From: a virus
Taxonomy: Duplodnaviria > Caudoviricetes
Length of the DNA: 64,000 bases
Direction: 5' to 3' (one strand)
Virus record (IMG/VR): IMGVR_UViG_3300032236_000195
Coordinates: 647 to 64,646 of that record
The position numbers and the translations under genes were made by a program. The first letter of the stretch is position 1. Each line of letters begins with the position of its first letter. The notes under the pieces were generated by a model that was given only the letters and a program-made list of their open reading frames with translations, ran no database searches and was not told the DNA's origin. Below, piece by piece: positions 18,862 through 29,400 of this stretch.

Positions 18862-19952
18862 TGACAATCACTACTAAAACTGGACGGTTAGTTACCCCCC
18901 AGCCACCCCGCCTACCAGACGCGACTAAGGACTACGACGCAAGGTATATTGACCAACTTAATAATATTTTGAGGCTGTACTTTAATCAGCTACAGAATTT
19001 TAACCAAGCGTTTGTATCTAACACTGGCGGGGCGTTGTTGCAGTTCCCCAGTGGGTCTTTCCAAGACAACACCACCCAGCAGCCATCAGTTAACTATCCC
19101 ACCCCGCTATCGTTTTCACAGGTTGATTATTCCAACCAAATTGTTCTGACCGACACAACTGCATCTTTTACCGGAGCAAGAACCGGAACCACGTTAACAG
19201 TATCTGCTATCACAGGGCAACTGTATGTAGGTTCACATTTGTTTGGGACGGGATACGAAACTGCGGTTGTGACTGCCTCTATTACGGCGAACGTAATGAA
19301 CGTGACTGCGGTCACATCAGGCACAATGGTGGTTGGTGATTACTTAACAGGCACAGGAATTCCAACCGGCGCAAGGGTTGCTTCGTTTCTTACTGGTAGC
19401 GGCGGTACTGGGACATACCAAATCAATTTGCCAGATGGGACTTCAATTACCGTTGCTTCGACTACTGTGACAGGATACGGTGTTTATATCGTTGACCAAC
19501 TGACTGGTACGGCTGGAGCGGCGGGGACATACACAACCAGCACATCTGGGGCGTTGTCTTCTCGTGCTATGACATCTCGGGTTACATCAAGGATGACAGC
19601 ATTAGTTGCCGGGACGTACAACTTTCAATGGTCTGGGCAGTTCTCCAATCTGGACAACGCCACGCAAGATGCTTATGTTTGGTTGCGGATTAACGGCGCA
19701 GATTTAGTGGGTTCAACAGGCAAGCTAAGTCTTTTGGCGCGTAAAAGCGCTGGCGTACCAAGCACAAACATCATTGGTTGGAATTACTACGTTAACCTGA
19801 ACGCAAACGATTACCTTGAGATCTTTGCCGTAGTAACTAACTCCGCACTTACAATCGCAACGTACCCCAAAGCCACGGGTACGCCATTGGCCTACCCCTC
19901 AACTGCATCGGTTGTTGCAACCCTTGGCTTTGTCTCAGCACTTTACCCATGA
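18861..19952 (+). CDS. Tail-associated structural protein with nested beta-module insertion
   Basis: P.LP.A..DYD...QLNNILRLYFNQL N-terminus; GTYNFQ.S.Q...VWLR.NG C-terminal domain. Confidence 0.6.
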   Translation: MTITTKTGRLVTPQPPRLPDATKDYDARYIDQLNNILRLYFNQLQNFNQAFVSNTGGALLQFPSGSFQDNTTQQPSVNYPTPLSFSQVDYSNQIVLTDTTASFTGARTGTTLTVSAITGQLYVGSHLFGTGYETAVVTASITANVMNVTAVTSGTMVVGDYLTGTGIPTGARVASFLTGSGGTGTYQINLPDGTSITVASTTVTGYGVYIVDQLTGTAGAAGTYTTSTSGALSSRAMTSRVTSRMTALVAGTYNFQWSGQFSNLDNATQDAYVWLRINGADLVGSTGKLSLLARKSAGVPSTNIIGWNYYVNLNANDYLEIFAVVTNSALTIATYPKATGTPLAYPSTASVVATLGFVSALYP

Positions 19953-20284
19953 AACAACGAATTGACCCCAACTACATCGAGTTTGCCGAGGTAGACGACA
20001 TCTGGGTACGGGCGTATAGCGTAGCCAAGACTAATACTGTCATGTCCCAACATGTACACGCCCACGACCACATCACTTTGGTGTCGAGCGGATCAATCGA
20101 GGCGTGGCAAGACGGCGAAAGTATTGGTGTATTTAATGCACCATCTATTGTTAAAATACCTGCTGGTAAAAAGCACGCGTTCCTAGCATTGACGGATAAC
20201 GTGGTTGTCTGTTGCTTACACAATCTTCGCGGCACAGATCTGGATCAGCCAGAAACTAAAGAGGCTCAATCATGCCAATCCTAG
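19949..20284 (+). CDS. Cupin-fold protein
   Basis: QHVHAHDHITLV..G....F.AP....IPAG.KH.F.A motif. Confidence 0.7.
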   Translation: MKQRIDPNYIEFAEVDDIWVRAYSVAKTNTVMSQHVHAHDHITLVSSGSIEAWQDGESIGVFNAPSIVKIPAGKKHAFLALTDNVVVCCLHNLRGTDLDQPETKEAQSCQS

Positions 20285-22122
20285 CAGTAGATGCATTTTT
20301 CTCTCTTGATGCTGCTGCCGAAGCTGCCTCCGCTGCTTCTTTACCTGAAGCCGCCGCCGCTGCTCTAACTGCTGGCGAAATAGGTGCGGGCGCTGGCGCT
20401 GGAGCAGGACTTAGCGCTATTCCGGCTGGAATGACTCAAGCACAAGCAGCAGCTATGGCACAAGGCGCTGCCGCAGGTGGAGAAGGCGCTGCTGCTGGAA
20501 TAAATGCACTTCAACAAGGGGCTATAACTTCCCCCGTTCCAACACCAGCTATTACTAGCATTAACCCAACGACGGGCGTCCCCACTTCGTTTAGTCCAAC
20601 TTTTGACCCCACATCTGGCGTCGGCACGCCGCCTCCTCCACCAATGCCCGCCGCGCCTCCCCCCGAATTAAGTCCGCGCGGTATTCCTCCTGCTTCTCCC
20701 GGCATTACTTCCGCGCCTTCTCCTGACCCGTACGCTCTATCTAAACCCCCCGTTGCTAGTCCTTATCTATCTAATCTAGGTGACACATATAGTTTTACTA
20801 AACCTTCAGTTGGTTTAGCGGACCAGTATGCTGCTAACGCCGGTAGGGGAACTTTTTCGGGTATGGCTGAAGCAGCGGCAGCGCCAGCAGAACCCAAATC
20901 TGCGTTTATGAGTGGTCTAGATAAAGCGATGGATTGGGCCGACGCACATCCTAAAACTGCCCTTGCCGGTGCGTATCTTGGTGCAAAAGTTACTGGACTG
21001 CTAAATCCAAACTATAACAACTTCAACAGTGCTCCGTACTCTGGCCCGTTGAGCAAATACAAGCTGTCTGAAAACTATCAGCCGGGAGTCGCTAACCCAT
21101 CTCAGTTCCGCTATACCCCTCGCTACGCCGAAGGCGGCATCATGCAGATGGCTGGAGGGGGTGTTACGGCCAGTGGAAACCTGACTTTGAACGTACCTAT
21201 TGATATGGGTGGGGGTCAGAACGACACGCAATCGACCCCAAACTTTGCATTTGGCGACGGAAATTCAGGCGCAAACACCGGATTCTTCGGGCAAAACAGT
21301 ACCCAGACCGGTCAACCGTCGAACCCACAAGGTTCAACTAACGCCCCACAACCCTCTCAACAGGATGGGATCATGGGGCAACAGGGCGGCACTCCTGACC
21401 TGATGCAGTCTTTGCAGCAACTTAAACCAGAAGCCCAAGCAAATAATACTAACCAACAATCTGGCTCACAGCCCAACTCAATTAATGTTGGTGATAAACC
21501 GGACGTTGGCGAAATGAAAACATTTGCTAGCGGCGGGTCTACGGGTAATTTGTCCAGCACTTTGGACTACTACACCAAAATGATGGAAGGCGACTCCACG
21601 CCAAGAATCCCAGCCCAGCATCCTGAAGGCGTTGGTATCTTTAACGACAACGACCCAGATACTCGTAACCTAGATGCATACTCTGCGGCGCGGGTCCGTC
21701 AAGCCAAAGCTAACAAACGTGCGTACGTAACTCCCCCGCAATCCCCGACTCCTCCTTCGATTGGTCAACTAAATCTTGGGGCGGCTAAAGATACTACCCA
21801 GTACCAAGAAGCAGCAAAGGGCGGTATCATGGGCGTCAGCGATCTCGGTGGTTATGCCGCTGGTGGGAACCCACGTTTGTTGAAAGGGCCGGGGGATGGG
21901 ATGTCAGATAACATTCCGGCAACGATTAATGGACGCCAACCGGCTCGGTTAGCTGATGGGGAATTTGTGATTCCAGCAGATGTGGTCTCCCATCTTGGGA
22001 ATGGCTCAACAGAAGCAGGGGCAAAAATCCTTCATCAGATGATGACTAAAGTACGTCATGATCGTACTGGCAACCCCCACCAAGGTAAACAGATTAATCC
22101 CAATAAGTACATGCCACGATGA
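20272..22122 (+). CDS. Internal virion / ejection protein
   Basis: Ala/Gly-rich N-terminus, several xAxGG motifs, C-terminal GPGDGMSDNIPA...LADGEFV domain. Confidence 0.6.
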   Translation: MPILAVDAFFSLDAAAEAASAASLPEAAAAALTAGEIGAGAGAGAGLSAIPAGMTQAQAAAMAQGAAAGGEGAAAGINALQQGAITSPVPTPAITSINPTTGVPTSFSPTFDPTSGVGTPPPPPMPAAPPPELSPRGIPPASPGITSAPSPDPYALSKPPVASPYLSNLGDTYSFTKPSVGLADQYAANAGRGTFSGMAEAAAAPAEPKSAFMSGLDKAMDWADAHPKTALAGAYLGAKVTGLLNPNYNNFNSAPYSGPLSKYKLSENYQPGVANPSQFRYTPRYAEGGIMQMAGGGVTASGNLTLNVPIDMGGGQNDTQSTPNFAFGDGNSGANTGFFGQNSTQTGQPSNPQGSTNAPQPSQQDGIMGQQGGTPDLMQSLQQLKPEAQANNTNQQSGSQPNSINVGDKPDVGEMKTFASGGSTGNLSSTLDYYTKMMEGDSTPRIPAQHPEGVGIFNDNDPDTRNLDAYSAARVRQAKANKRAYVTPPQSPTPPSIGQLNLGAAKDTTQYQEAAKGGIMGVSDLGGYAAGGNPRLLKGPGDGMSDNIPATINGRQPARLADGEFVIPADVVSHLGNGSTEAGAKILHQMMTKVRHDRTGNPHQGKQINPNKYMPR

Positions 22123-22550
22123 TTCAAGTCTCAATGGTCCCTAAAGAGTTAATTAATACTTGCTGGGGAACTGTTGGGCCATTTCTTGATCGGGCGGCAA
22201 AGTATACTTACGGCAGATACACTGTAGAAGATATCTACAACGCAATAGTAGATTACGATCATGATCTATGGGTTGCGTTTGAAGGTGATGTAATCAAAGG
22301 CGCAGTAGTCACAAATTTTATGAATTACCCAAAACGAAAAGTTTTATCTATGACTTTTTGTGGCGGCATTGAACTGAGTAAATGGAAAGATCCTATGCTG
22401 GACTTGCTACGTCAGTACGCTAAAGACATGGGATGTGATGGGATCGAAGCCACCGCTCGTCGCGGATGGGCTAAAATATTTCAAAACGACGGGCATAAAA
22501 GCCTATGGGCAACATTTGAACTGCCCCTCGAAGGAGTAAATCATGGGTAA
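22119..22550 (+). CDS. GNAT-like acyltransferase (T7 gp13-like position)
   Basis: W...LWV....GAVVT....YP..K.L....GG..L..W.....YAKD.GC..IE...R.GW pattern. Confidence 0.55.
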   Translation: MIQVSMVPKELINTCWGTVGPFLDRAAKYTYGRYTVEDIYNAIVDYDHDLWVAFEGDVIKGAVVTNFMNYPKRKVLSMTFCGGIELSKWKDPMLDLLRQYAKDMGCDGIEATARRGWAKIFQNDGHKSLWATFELPLEGVNHG

Positions 22551-25500
22551 GGGTGGCGGTGGCGGCGGTCAAACTCAATCGACGGTAACAAATACCAACG
22601 TACCCGAATACGCCCGTCCGTATGTGGAGTCAATGCTTGGCGCGACTCAAAATCAATTATTCAATACTTCTACTGACGCCCAAGGCAACACAGTATTAGG
22701 GTCACCCAAACCCTATCAAGCGTACGGTGGTACGTACGATCAAAATGGGAATATGACTTCTTATGATCCCAGCGCGGCAGTCGCTGGGTTCAGTCCGTTG
22801 CAGCAACAGGCTCAGCAAGGTATTGCTGGTTTGCAAATGCCCGGACAATTTGATGCCGCTAGCCAGTATACCGCTGACGCAATGCAGCGCGCCGCGAATG
22901 CCGGATACAATTCCGGCCAATTTACGATGGGTCAAGCGCAAGCTCCCGATGTAAATTACTATCAAATGAACCAGCCCCAAGATATTCAGGGGCAGAACGC
23001 GCAGGGTGCAAATCTAGGAAATGCTCCTACTGCTTATGCAGACCAAATGCAGGCGGCGCAGCTTGGTTACGCTCCTGATATGCAAGGGCAAATTGGCTAC
23101 GCTTCGCAGTTGGGCGACGCCGCGCAGATGCAAGCAGAACAAGCTGGAATTACTCAGCTTGGGAACGCGCCTACCTATCAAGGCCAGCAACTTGGTTATA
23201 CACCGCAGAATGTTGGATATGACCGTGTAACTGCACCGCAACTGCGTGATCTGCAAATGCAGGCGGCGGGCAACGTAGGGACTCAATCATTTACGCAGCC
23301 GGGAACAGCCGATGCGTATATGTCCTCCTTCATGCAGAAGGCAATTGATCCGCAAATCCGGGAAGCTCAACGCCAAGCAGATATTGCTTCGACCAAACGC
23401 TCAGCCCAAATGGGTCAATTAGGCGCGTTCGGTGGATCACGTGAAGCGCTTGAAAATGCTGAAGCGGCAAGGAATACGGAGCAACTTAAATCCGACATTG
23501 AAGCCAAAGGTCTTCAGTCTGCGTACCAATCTGCACAAAGCCAATTTAACACTGAGCAACAGAACGCGCTTAACGCGGCGTTGGCTAACCAACAAGTCCA
23601 GCAACAGACTGGTGTTCAGAATCTTAGTGCGCTGCTCCAGACTCAGGGTCTTGGCGCACAGACTGGACTAACTGCACAACAGTTGAACCAAGCTGCCGGT
23701 ATGCAGACGGGGCAGTTCAACCAGCAACAGCAGTACAACACTGCATTACAGAACGCGCAGCTTGCTCAGCAACAGCAATTAGCCAACCAATCATTGCAAG
23801 GGCAGTACGGTCTGACTCAAGGTCAGATGAATCAGGCTGTTAATTTGCAGAACGCCGCGCAGCGCCAAGCAGCCAACGCCGCCAACCAAGGTGCATTGAA
23901 TCAGTACGGGTTGCAGCAAGGTTCGATGAACCAGCAGATGGCAATGGCTAACCTTGCCAATCAGCAACAAGCAGCAGTAAACAACCAAGCTTTGCAAGGT
24001 CAGTACGGACTTCAGCAGGGTCAATTTAATCAAGCTGCAAATGCTGCTAACCAACAAGCCAACAATCAAATTGCGTTGGCTAACCAAGCCTTGCAAGGTC
24101 AGTACGGGCTGACTCAAGGTCAGTTGGGGCAAGCTAACGCTCAGTTCAACGCTCAGCAAAACCAAGCAGCCAATCTTGCTAACCAGCAGATGGCATACAA
24201 CACTGGGTTGCAGAACCTCCAAGCCAACCTTGGAGTGCAGCAGCTTGGCGCTGGGCAGAACTTGCAGGCTCAGCTAGCAAACCAACAGGCGATGTTGGCT
24301 AACCAACAGGCTATCGAGCAGTCTAGGCAATTTGGTGCCAATTACGGTCAACAGATGAACGCCCAGCAGCTTGCTGCGGCGCAACAACTTGGTGGGCTAG
24401 GACAACAACAGCTAGCCGCCCAACAGGGAATCTACGGACTCCAGAACCAAGTTGGTGGTCAACAACAGCAGATGCAGCAGCAGATTATTAATCAGGCTAT
24501 GCAGGACTACTCCAACACTCAGCAGTATCCGCTGATGCAGTTGGGAACGATGTCGAACATGCTGCGTGGTCTGCCTATGCAAGCTGCGACCACCAATATG
24601 TATCAGGCCGCGCCTAATGCCATCACTCAGGGTATTGGTGCAGTTGGTGCGTACGGTGCGCTGAGCAATGCATTTGGTTCGCCTACTGGTAAAAAAGAAG
24701 GTGGTGTAATCAAAGCCGCGCAAGGCGGCATCATGTCCTACGATGTGGGCGGTGAGATTGAGAGCACGCTCAGCAAAATGGATGTGGATGAACTCAAGAA
24801 GTACGCCAAAGAATCTAACAGCCCAACAATTAAACAAATGGCTGCGCGTCTAATCCAAGAGAAGATGCCAGTTCCGGGTATGGCGCGAGGCGGTATCCTT
24901 GCGTTTGCCAAATCTACCGAAGAAAACAATCAAAGTTTAGTTGATGCTTCTAAGTCTTTAGGCACGGAGGCAGGAAAAGATTTAGGTACTTTCCCAGACC
25001 CTACTTCTGCACTACAGTTTTTTGGGGTTAGCCCAGAGAGCAGCCTAAGTAAAGGACTGAAGAGCTACGTTGAGAATAGAAACAAGAATTTCAACAACCT
25101 TGTAAATCAAGGTATTGTGCTTGAAGGAAAACCAACCGCTCCTCCTACGCCAACCCCTGCCGCTGCTCAACCAGCCCCGGCCCCGGTAACTCAACCCGCT
25201 CCCGCCGCACCACCTGTTGCGCCCACCGCTTCGGCTCCTGCTGGTATCGCTCCACCCGCTCCAGCCCCTGCGCCTGTTGCTCGTCCTCCCGCTGGTCCCG
25301 CCCCTGCTGGTATTGCTCAAGCCGCCGCCGCTACGCCTCCTGCCCCCCGTCCTACTGCCGGTATTCCAGCGCCGTCGATGCCAGCAGAAGGGCAGGATAT
25401 CGCTCTTATCAGAAGAGAAGCCGAAGCCGCTAACACCGCCGCTGGTAAATCTTTGGCTGATATTGCTAAAGAACGCATGGCTGCGGAAAAAGAACGGGGT

Positions 25501-26406
25501 ATTGGGCCAAATACGGATATGGCTGAGTATCGTTCCAAGATTATGGCCGAGCGTGCCAACATGGACGATGAAGCCAAACGCCAAAAGAATCTTCGTCTTG
25601 CCGAGTTTTTTGCAAGCTGGGGTTCGACTCCCGGCGCTACGCTCGTGGCAGGTATGACTGCGCTTAGAAAAACTATCCCAAGTATTATGGAAGATGAGAA
25701 GGAGCGGAAAAAAGCCCTTCGTGAAACAGACAAAATTATCTATGAGCTTGGCCAAGCTGAAAGACTTGAAAAGAAAGGCGACTTGGCTGCTGATCAAGAG
25801 ATGAAAACTAAATTGGCTGATCGGGCTAGTAAACTAAATGCCACTCTTGCTGAAGCCGCAGGCAAACGCGAGGCAACTGCGGCGCATCTCGCTGGGCAAA
25901 CATACGCCGCGCAGATGGGTGTTAAAGGCCATGAAATATCAGCCGGGGCTACTGTTACAGCGGCGAAACTATCAGCCGACGCCCATAGAGCTTCTATTGA
26001 GATGCAGAAGGAAACTAACGATATTGGTAAAGCACAAGCTGCTTGGCAAGCAGCCACAACAGCACGGGACGCTATTGAAAGAGATTACGGCAACAGAACT
26101 AAAGCGGACGACTATGTTGCAGCTAAGAATACTATAGCGCTCCAAAAAAATAATAAAACGCCTGAAATACAAGCTTTGGTGACCAACGCTGAAAACCTAG
26201 TTAATAGTGTTGAAAATGGGTTTAAAACCCGCCGTGAAGCTATGGACAAAATTGTGCGAGCGGCTGAAACTAGAGTTGGGATGAATCCTACTGGCGCCAC
26301 CATGTTAGGTACTGATATTCCAGCGGGACATAAGTTAGCTGGGTATACTCCAGATCGTAAGCCTGTTTATCAGGATTCCAAAGGTAACAAATTTGTCGGC
26401 GGATAA
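22543..26406 (+). CDS. Internal virion / DNA ejection protein, Gln-rich repeats
   Basis: MGKGGGGGG start, PEYA.PY, VAGFSPLQQQA, YM..F...GAFGGSR motifs and long QGQYGL repeats. Confidence 0.65.
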   Translation: MGKGGGGGGQTQSTVTNTNVPEYARPYVESMLGATQNQLFNTSTDAQGNTVLGSPKPYQAYGGTYDQNGNMTSYDPSAAVAGFSPLQQQAQQGIAGLQMPGQFDAASQYTADAMQRAANAGYNSGQFTMGQAQAPDVNYYQMNQPQDIQGQNAQGANLGNAPTAYADQMQAAQLGYAPDMQGQIGYASQLGDAAQMQAEQAGITQLGNAPTYQGQQLGYTPQNVGYDRVTAPQLRDLQMQAAGNVGTQSFTQPGTADAYMSSFMQKAIDPQIREAQRQADIASTKRSAQMGQLGAFGGSREALENAEAARNTEQLKSDIEAKGLQSAYQSAQSQFNTEQQNALNAALANQQVQQQTGVQNLSALLQTQGLGAQTGLTAQQLNQAAGMQTGQFNQQQQYNTALQNAQLAQQQQLANQSLQGQYGLTQGQMNQAVNLQNAAQRQAANAANQGALNQYGLQQGSMNQQMAMANLANQQQAAVNNQALQGQYGLQQGQFNQAANAANQQANNQIALANQALQGQYGLTQGQLGQANAQFNAQQNQAANLANQQMAYNTGLQNLQANLGVQQLGAGQNLQAQLANQQAMLANQQAIEQSRQFGANYGQQMNAQQLAAAQQLGGLGQQQLAAQQGIYGLQNQVGGQQQQMQQQIINQAMQDYSNTQQYPLMQLGTMSNMLRGLPMQAATTNMYQAAPNAITQGIGAVGAYGALSNAFGSPTGKKEGGVIKAAQGGIMSYDVGGEIESTLSKMDVDELKKYAKESNSPTIKQMAARLIQEKMPVPGMARGGILAFAKSTEENNQSLVDASKSLGTEAGKDLGTFPDPTSALQFFGVSPESSLSKGLKSYVENRNKNFNNLVNQGIVLEGKPTAPPTPTPAAAQPAPAPVTQPAPAAPPVAPTASAPAGIAPPAPAPAPVARPPAGPAPAGIAQAAAATPPAPRPTAGIPAPSMPAEGQDIALIRREAEAANTAAGKSLADIAKERMAAEKERGIGPNTDMAEYRSKIMAERANMDDEAKRQKNLRLAEFFASWGSTPGATLVAGMTALRKTIPSIMEDEKERKKALRETDKIIYELGQAERLEKKGDLAADQEMKTKLADRASKLNATLAEAAGKREATAAHLAGQTYAAQMGVKGHEISAGATVTAAKLSADAHRASIEMQKETNDIGKAQAAWQAATTARDAIERDYGNRTKADDYVAAKNTIALQKNNKTPEIQALVTNAENLVNSVENGFKTRREAMDKIVRAAETRVGMNPTGATMLGTDIPAGHKLAGYTPDRKPVYQDSKGNKFVGG

Positions 26407-26409
26407 ATA

Positions 26410-29400
26410 ATGGCCCTTGTACCGTACACCGGCGAAATACTTAAAGAAAAACCACTTAATCTTGTGCCTTATTCTGGTGAAGTTTTACCAGAACTGCCCG
26501 TTAAAAAAGTAGAGCCACCTGTTCCGGCTCCGGTCCCGGAGCAACAAGGACCGCGCGTTCTTTCGCCAGACGATAACTCTAGCGATTTCATGCGGGGTAT
26601 CTCTAATTACCTTCCCCAACTGCAAGAGACTTTTGGTGGTGCTCAAGTCCTAGCAGGACGCCTTGCTCAGAAGGTTGGTGCTGAAGAGACCGGCAGTGAT
26701 TTAATTAAGCGCGGTGTTGAGAACCTTCACAAAGCTGAATCAAAAACAGTAACGCGTAAGACTGACGAATTTACTGAAGCACTCAAGGAAGGGATTGTCC
26801 CCCTTATAACTGACTGGCTCCCATACCAGATCGGGTCTGGTGTGGCTAACTTAGCCGAAACACTCGGCATGATGGCGGTTGGGGCGGGCGTTGGTGCGGC
26901 TACTGGTGCAGGTGTTGGGGCGCTCCCCGGCGCTATCTCTGGTGCGATTGCCAAAACTTTGGTCAAAAAAGGCGTCCTTGAAGCCGTCGAAAAAATGTCC
27001 AAAGAAGAGGCTGAAAAACATATTCTTAAAGAAGCCAAAAAAGAACTTCTTGCTTTAGGCACTACCGCTGGTACGGTGGGTCAAGCTGGTCTACATGGCG
27101 CTGGCGAAACTACAAGTCGGGCGGTGCAGGAAGCACAACGCAACAATCAAACCCCCGAAGACATCAACCTTGGACGCCTTGTCCCTGCGGCTATCGTTCA
27201 CTCTGTTGCAGACTTCTTCGTCAACAAGATCGGGGTCAATGCGCTCAAAGTCGGTGAAAAAGCTGCTGATTCATTAATTGCTGAAGTTGCTAAACGTATT
27301 GCCGTCACGGGCGGCAAAGAGATTCTTCCTGAAGAAATCCAGACCATAGCAGAGCGCTTTGGTGCGAACCTGTCTGTTACTGATGCGGAAGCACTGAAAG
27401 AGTACGTCAATACTGCCGCTGCTTCGGTCGGTATGTCGGTCCTTCCCGGTACAGTTGGTGGGGTCAGGAACCACTTCAGTAATCAGTTTGCCAAAGCAGC
27501 CAAAGAACAAGCTGAAAGGGAAGAGGCCGAAAAACAAAAGCAACAGCAAACTCCCCCGCCTGCTACGCCTCCGGCTGTCACTACACCTGCAACGCCAGCC
27601 GACGTTGAACTTAATAGCCTAACGAACCTCCAAAACGCACCGCCGCCACCTCCACCGGGCGCTGTTGCAACTACGCCGGGAACCCCACCGGGAACCCCAC
27701 CTGCGGGAACCCCGCCGACTACCAGTCTGCCGCCCGCAGAAAACAAAGCGCAGGTATCGGCGTTTAATTATTTGCAGAGTTTGGCAGACCCAACCAAACA
27801 AGCTAGTGCGGGAATTTTAGGATCACACCTAAATAAATTAGGTATCCAGATGGATCGTAGTGCTCCTAATTTTAGGGCCAACGCATTACAAGCTATTGCC
27901 GACAATTTGACGGCAAGTGGGGTTTCTGTACCTGACCTTGCACCAATTATTGCTAATCTACCACCATCGAAAAAAGCTGAGGCTGCGGCTCAAGCCGGGA
28001 CTACGCCCCCTGCTGGTACTCCAGCAACAAAGGTGGAGTTTCCTAAATATAAAGACATAGCTGCTGACCCTGTTGGTGTAGCTACTAAATATCTTGCCGA
28101 CGTTGCCGCTGGAGTTTATCCAAAAGGTGCAAACTATCTTACGTTAAAACAAATTGTTGCCAATATAGGTGTAGCTGTTCCAGAAGGGAAAGGCTATAAC
28201 GCGCGTGCAATAGAGGCGATCAAACAGCATCTCTCAAATTACACGCCTCCCGAAAACAACTTGGCTCAACGGCAAGCGGAAGCTGTTGCTCAACAAGAAT
28301 CTCTTTTTAAGAAATTAATTGACGAAAATATTGCCAAACAAACCGCTCAACAAGGAGCGCCCAATGCCACTACAGGAATTGACACGACCGCAGTTGGAAC
28401 AAGCCCTAGCGTGGCTACACAGCCCGATACAGGACCCGCCACCGAAGGAACTGCCGCCGTTGACACAAGCGGAGTGGGCGATGTTGCACCAAGCACTACA
28501 CCAATTAATGTTGGAGAAGGAACTAAACCCAATTCAGTAGGTGCTTTAACGGTCTCACTAGATGCAAATCTGCAAGATTTAAGTCAAGCAGATCGAGACA
28601 TGGTGATTAAGCAAAGGCAAATACTTAATGACGCGGAAATTGCGTACATAAATAATCCTTCAAGAGTAACTAAAGGTAGAGCTGAAGATGCGCTACTTGA
28701 TCTACATCAGCTTGAAGATGATTTTGAAATAGCGCGTAGCGAACCTACGAAGCAAAGTAATGAACTGCTTGCGGAACCAATCGGACCATTTCGGTCTAGG
28801 CAAGAACAACGCGACACGGCAAATGATTACGCTCTAAGTCTTGAGCGGGAAGAAACTCGTAAACAAGAAGAGCAACGTCAGCGTGATTTAGAAGCTTCGT
28901 ATGTAAACGAAAAGGGCGAACCAAAAGGCCCTATGAAGTATTCGTTTGATACTGATGAAATGGAAAATCAGTACAACCAGACTCACGCTGAGATTGCGGA
29001 AGAAGCAAAAGCAAAAAATGCTGAACGTGTTGAGCTATCACTAGCCCAAGAAGAAGCACAAACAAAATTTAATGCAGCGCAAGAGAAAGTGCAGCAAATT
29101 GAAGCTGACTTAAAAGCAGCCCGCGAACAAAACGACGAAAGTCGTGTACAAGAATTAGAGAAGGAACAAGAGAAAGCAGACAACGAAGAGACCGATGCTT
29201 CTGCCGCTCTTGCCGAAGCAGAGGTAGCACTAGAGCGCCACGGTCCTAGGTTGTCTCAGTTGCCACCTTGGTCAAAGCTTTCCCCCGCTGATAAAGATTT
29301 ATATTTTTCGCTGATTAAATACGGTGACCGGCCAGAACATAGGGAAGCTGGTAAAAAGTTGCAAGCCTATCGCGCTCTAACGCACGGGCGCGGCGAAGGA

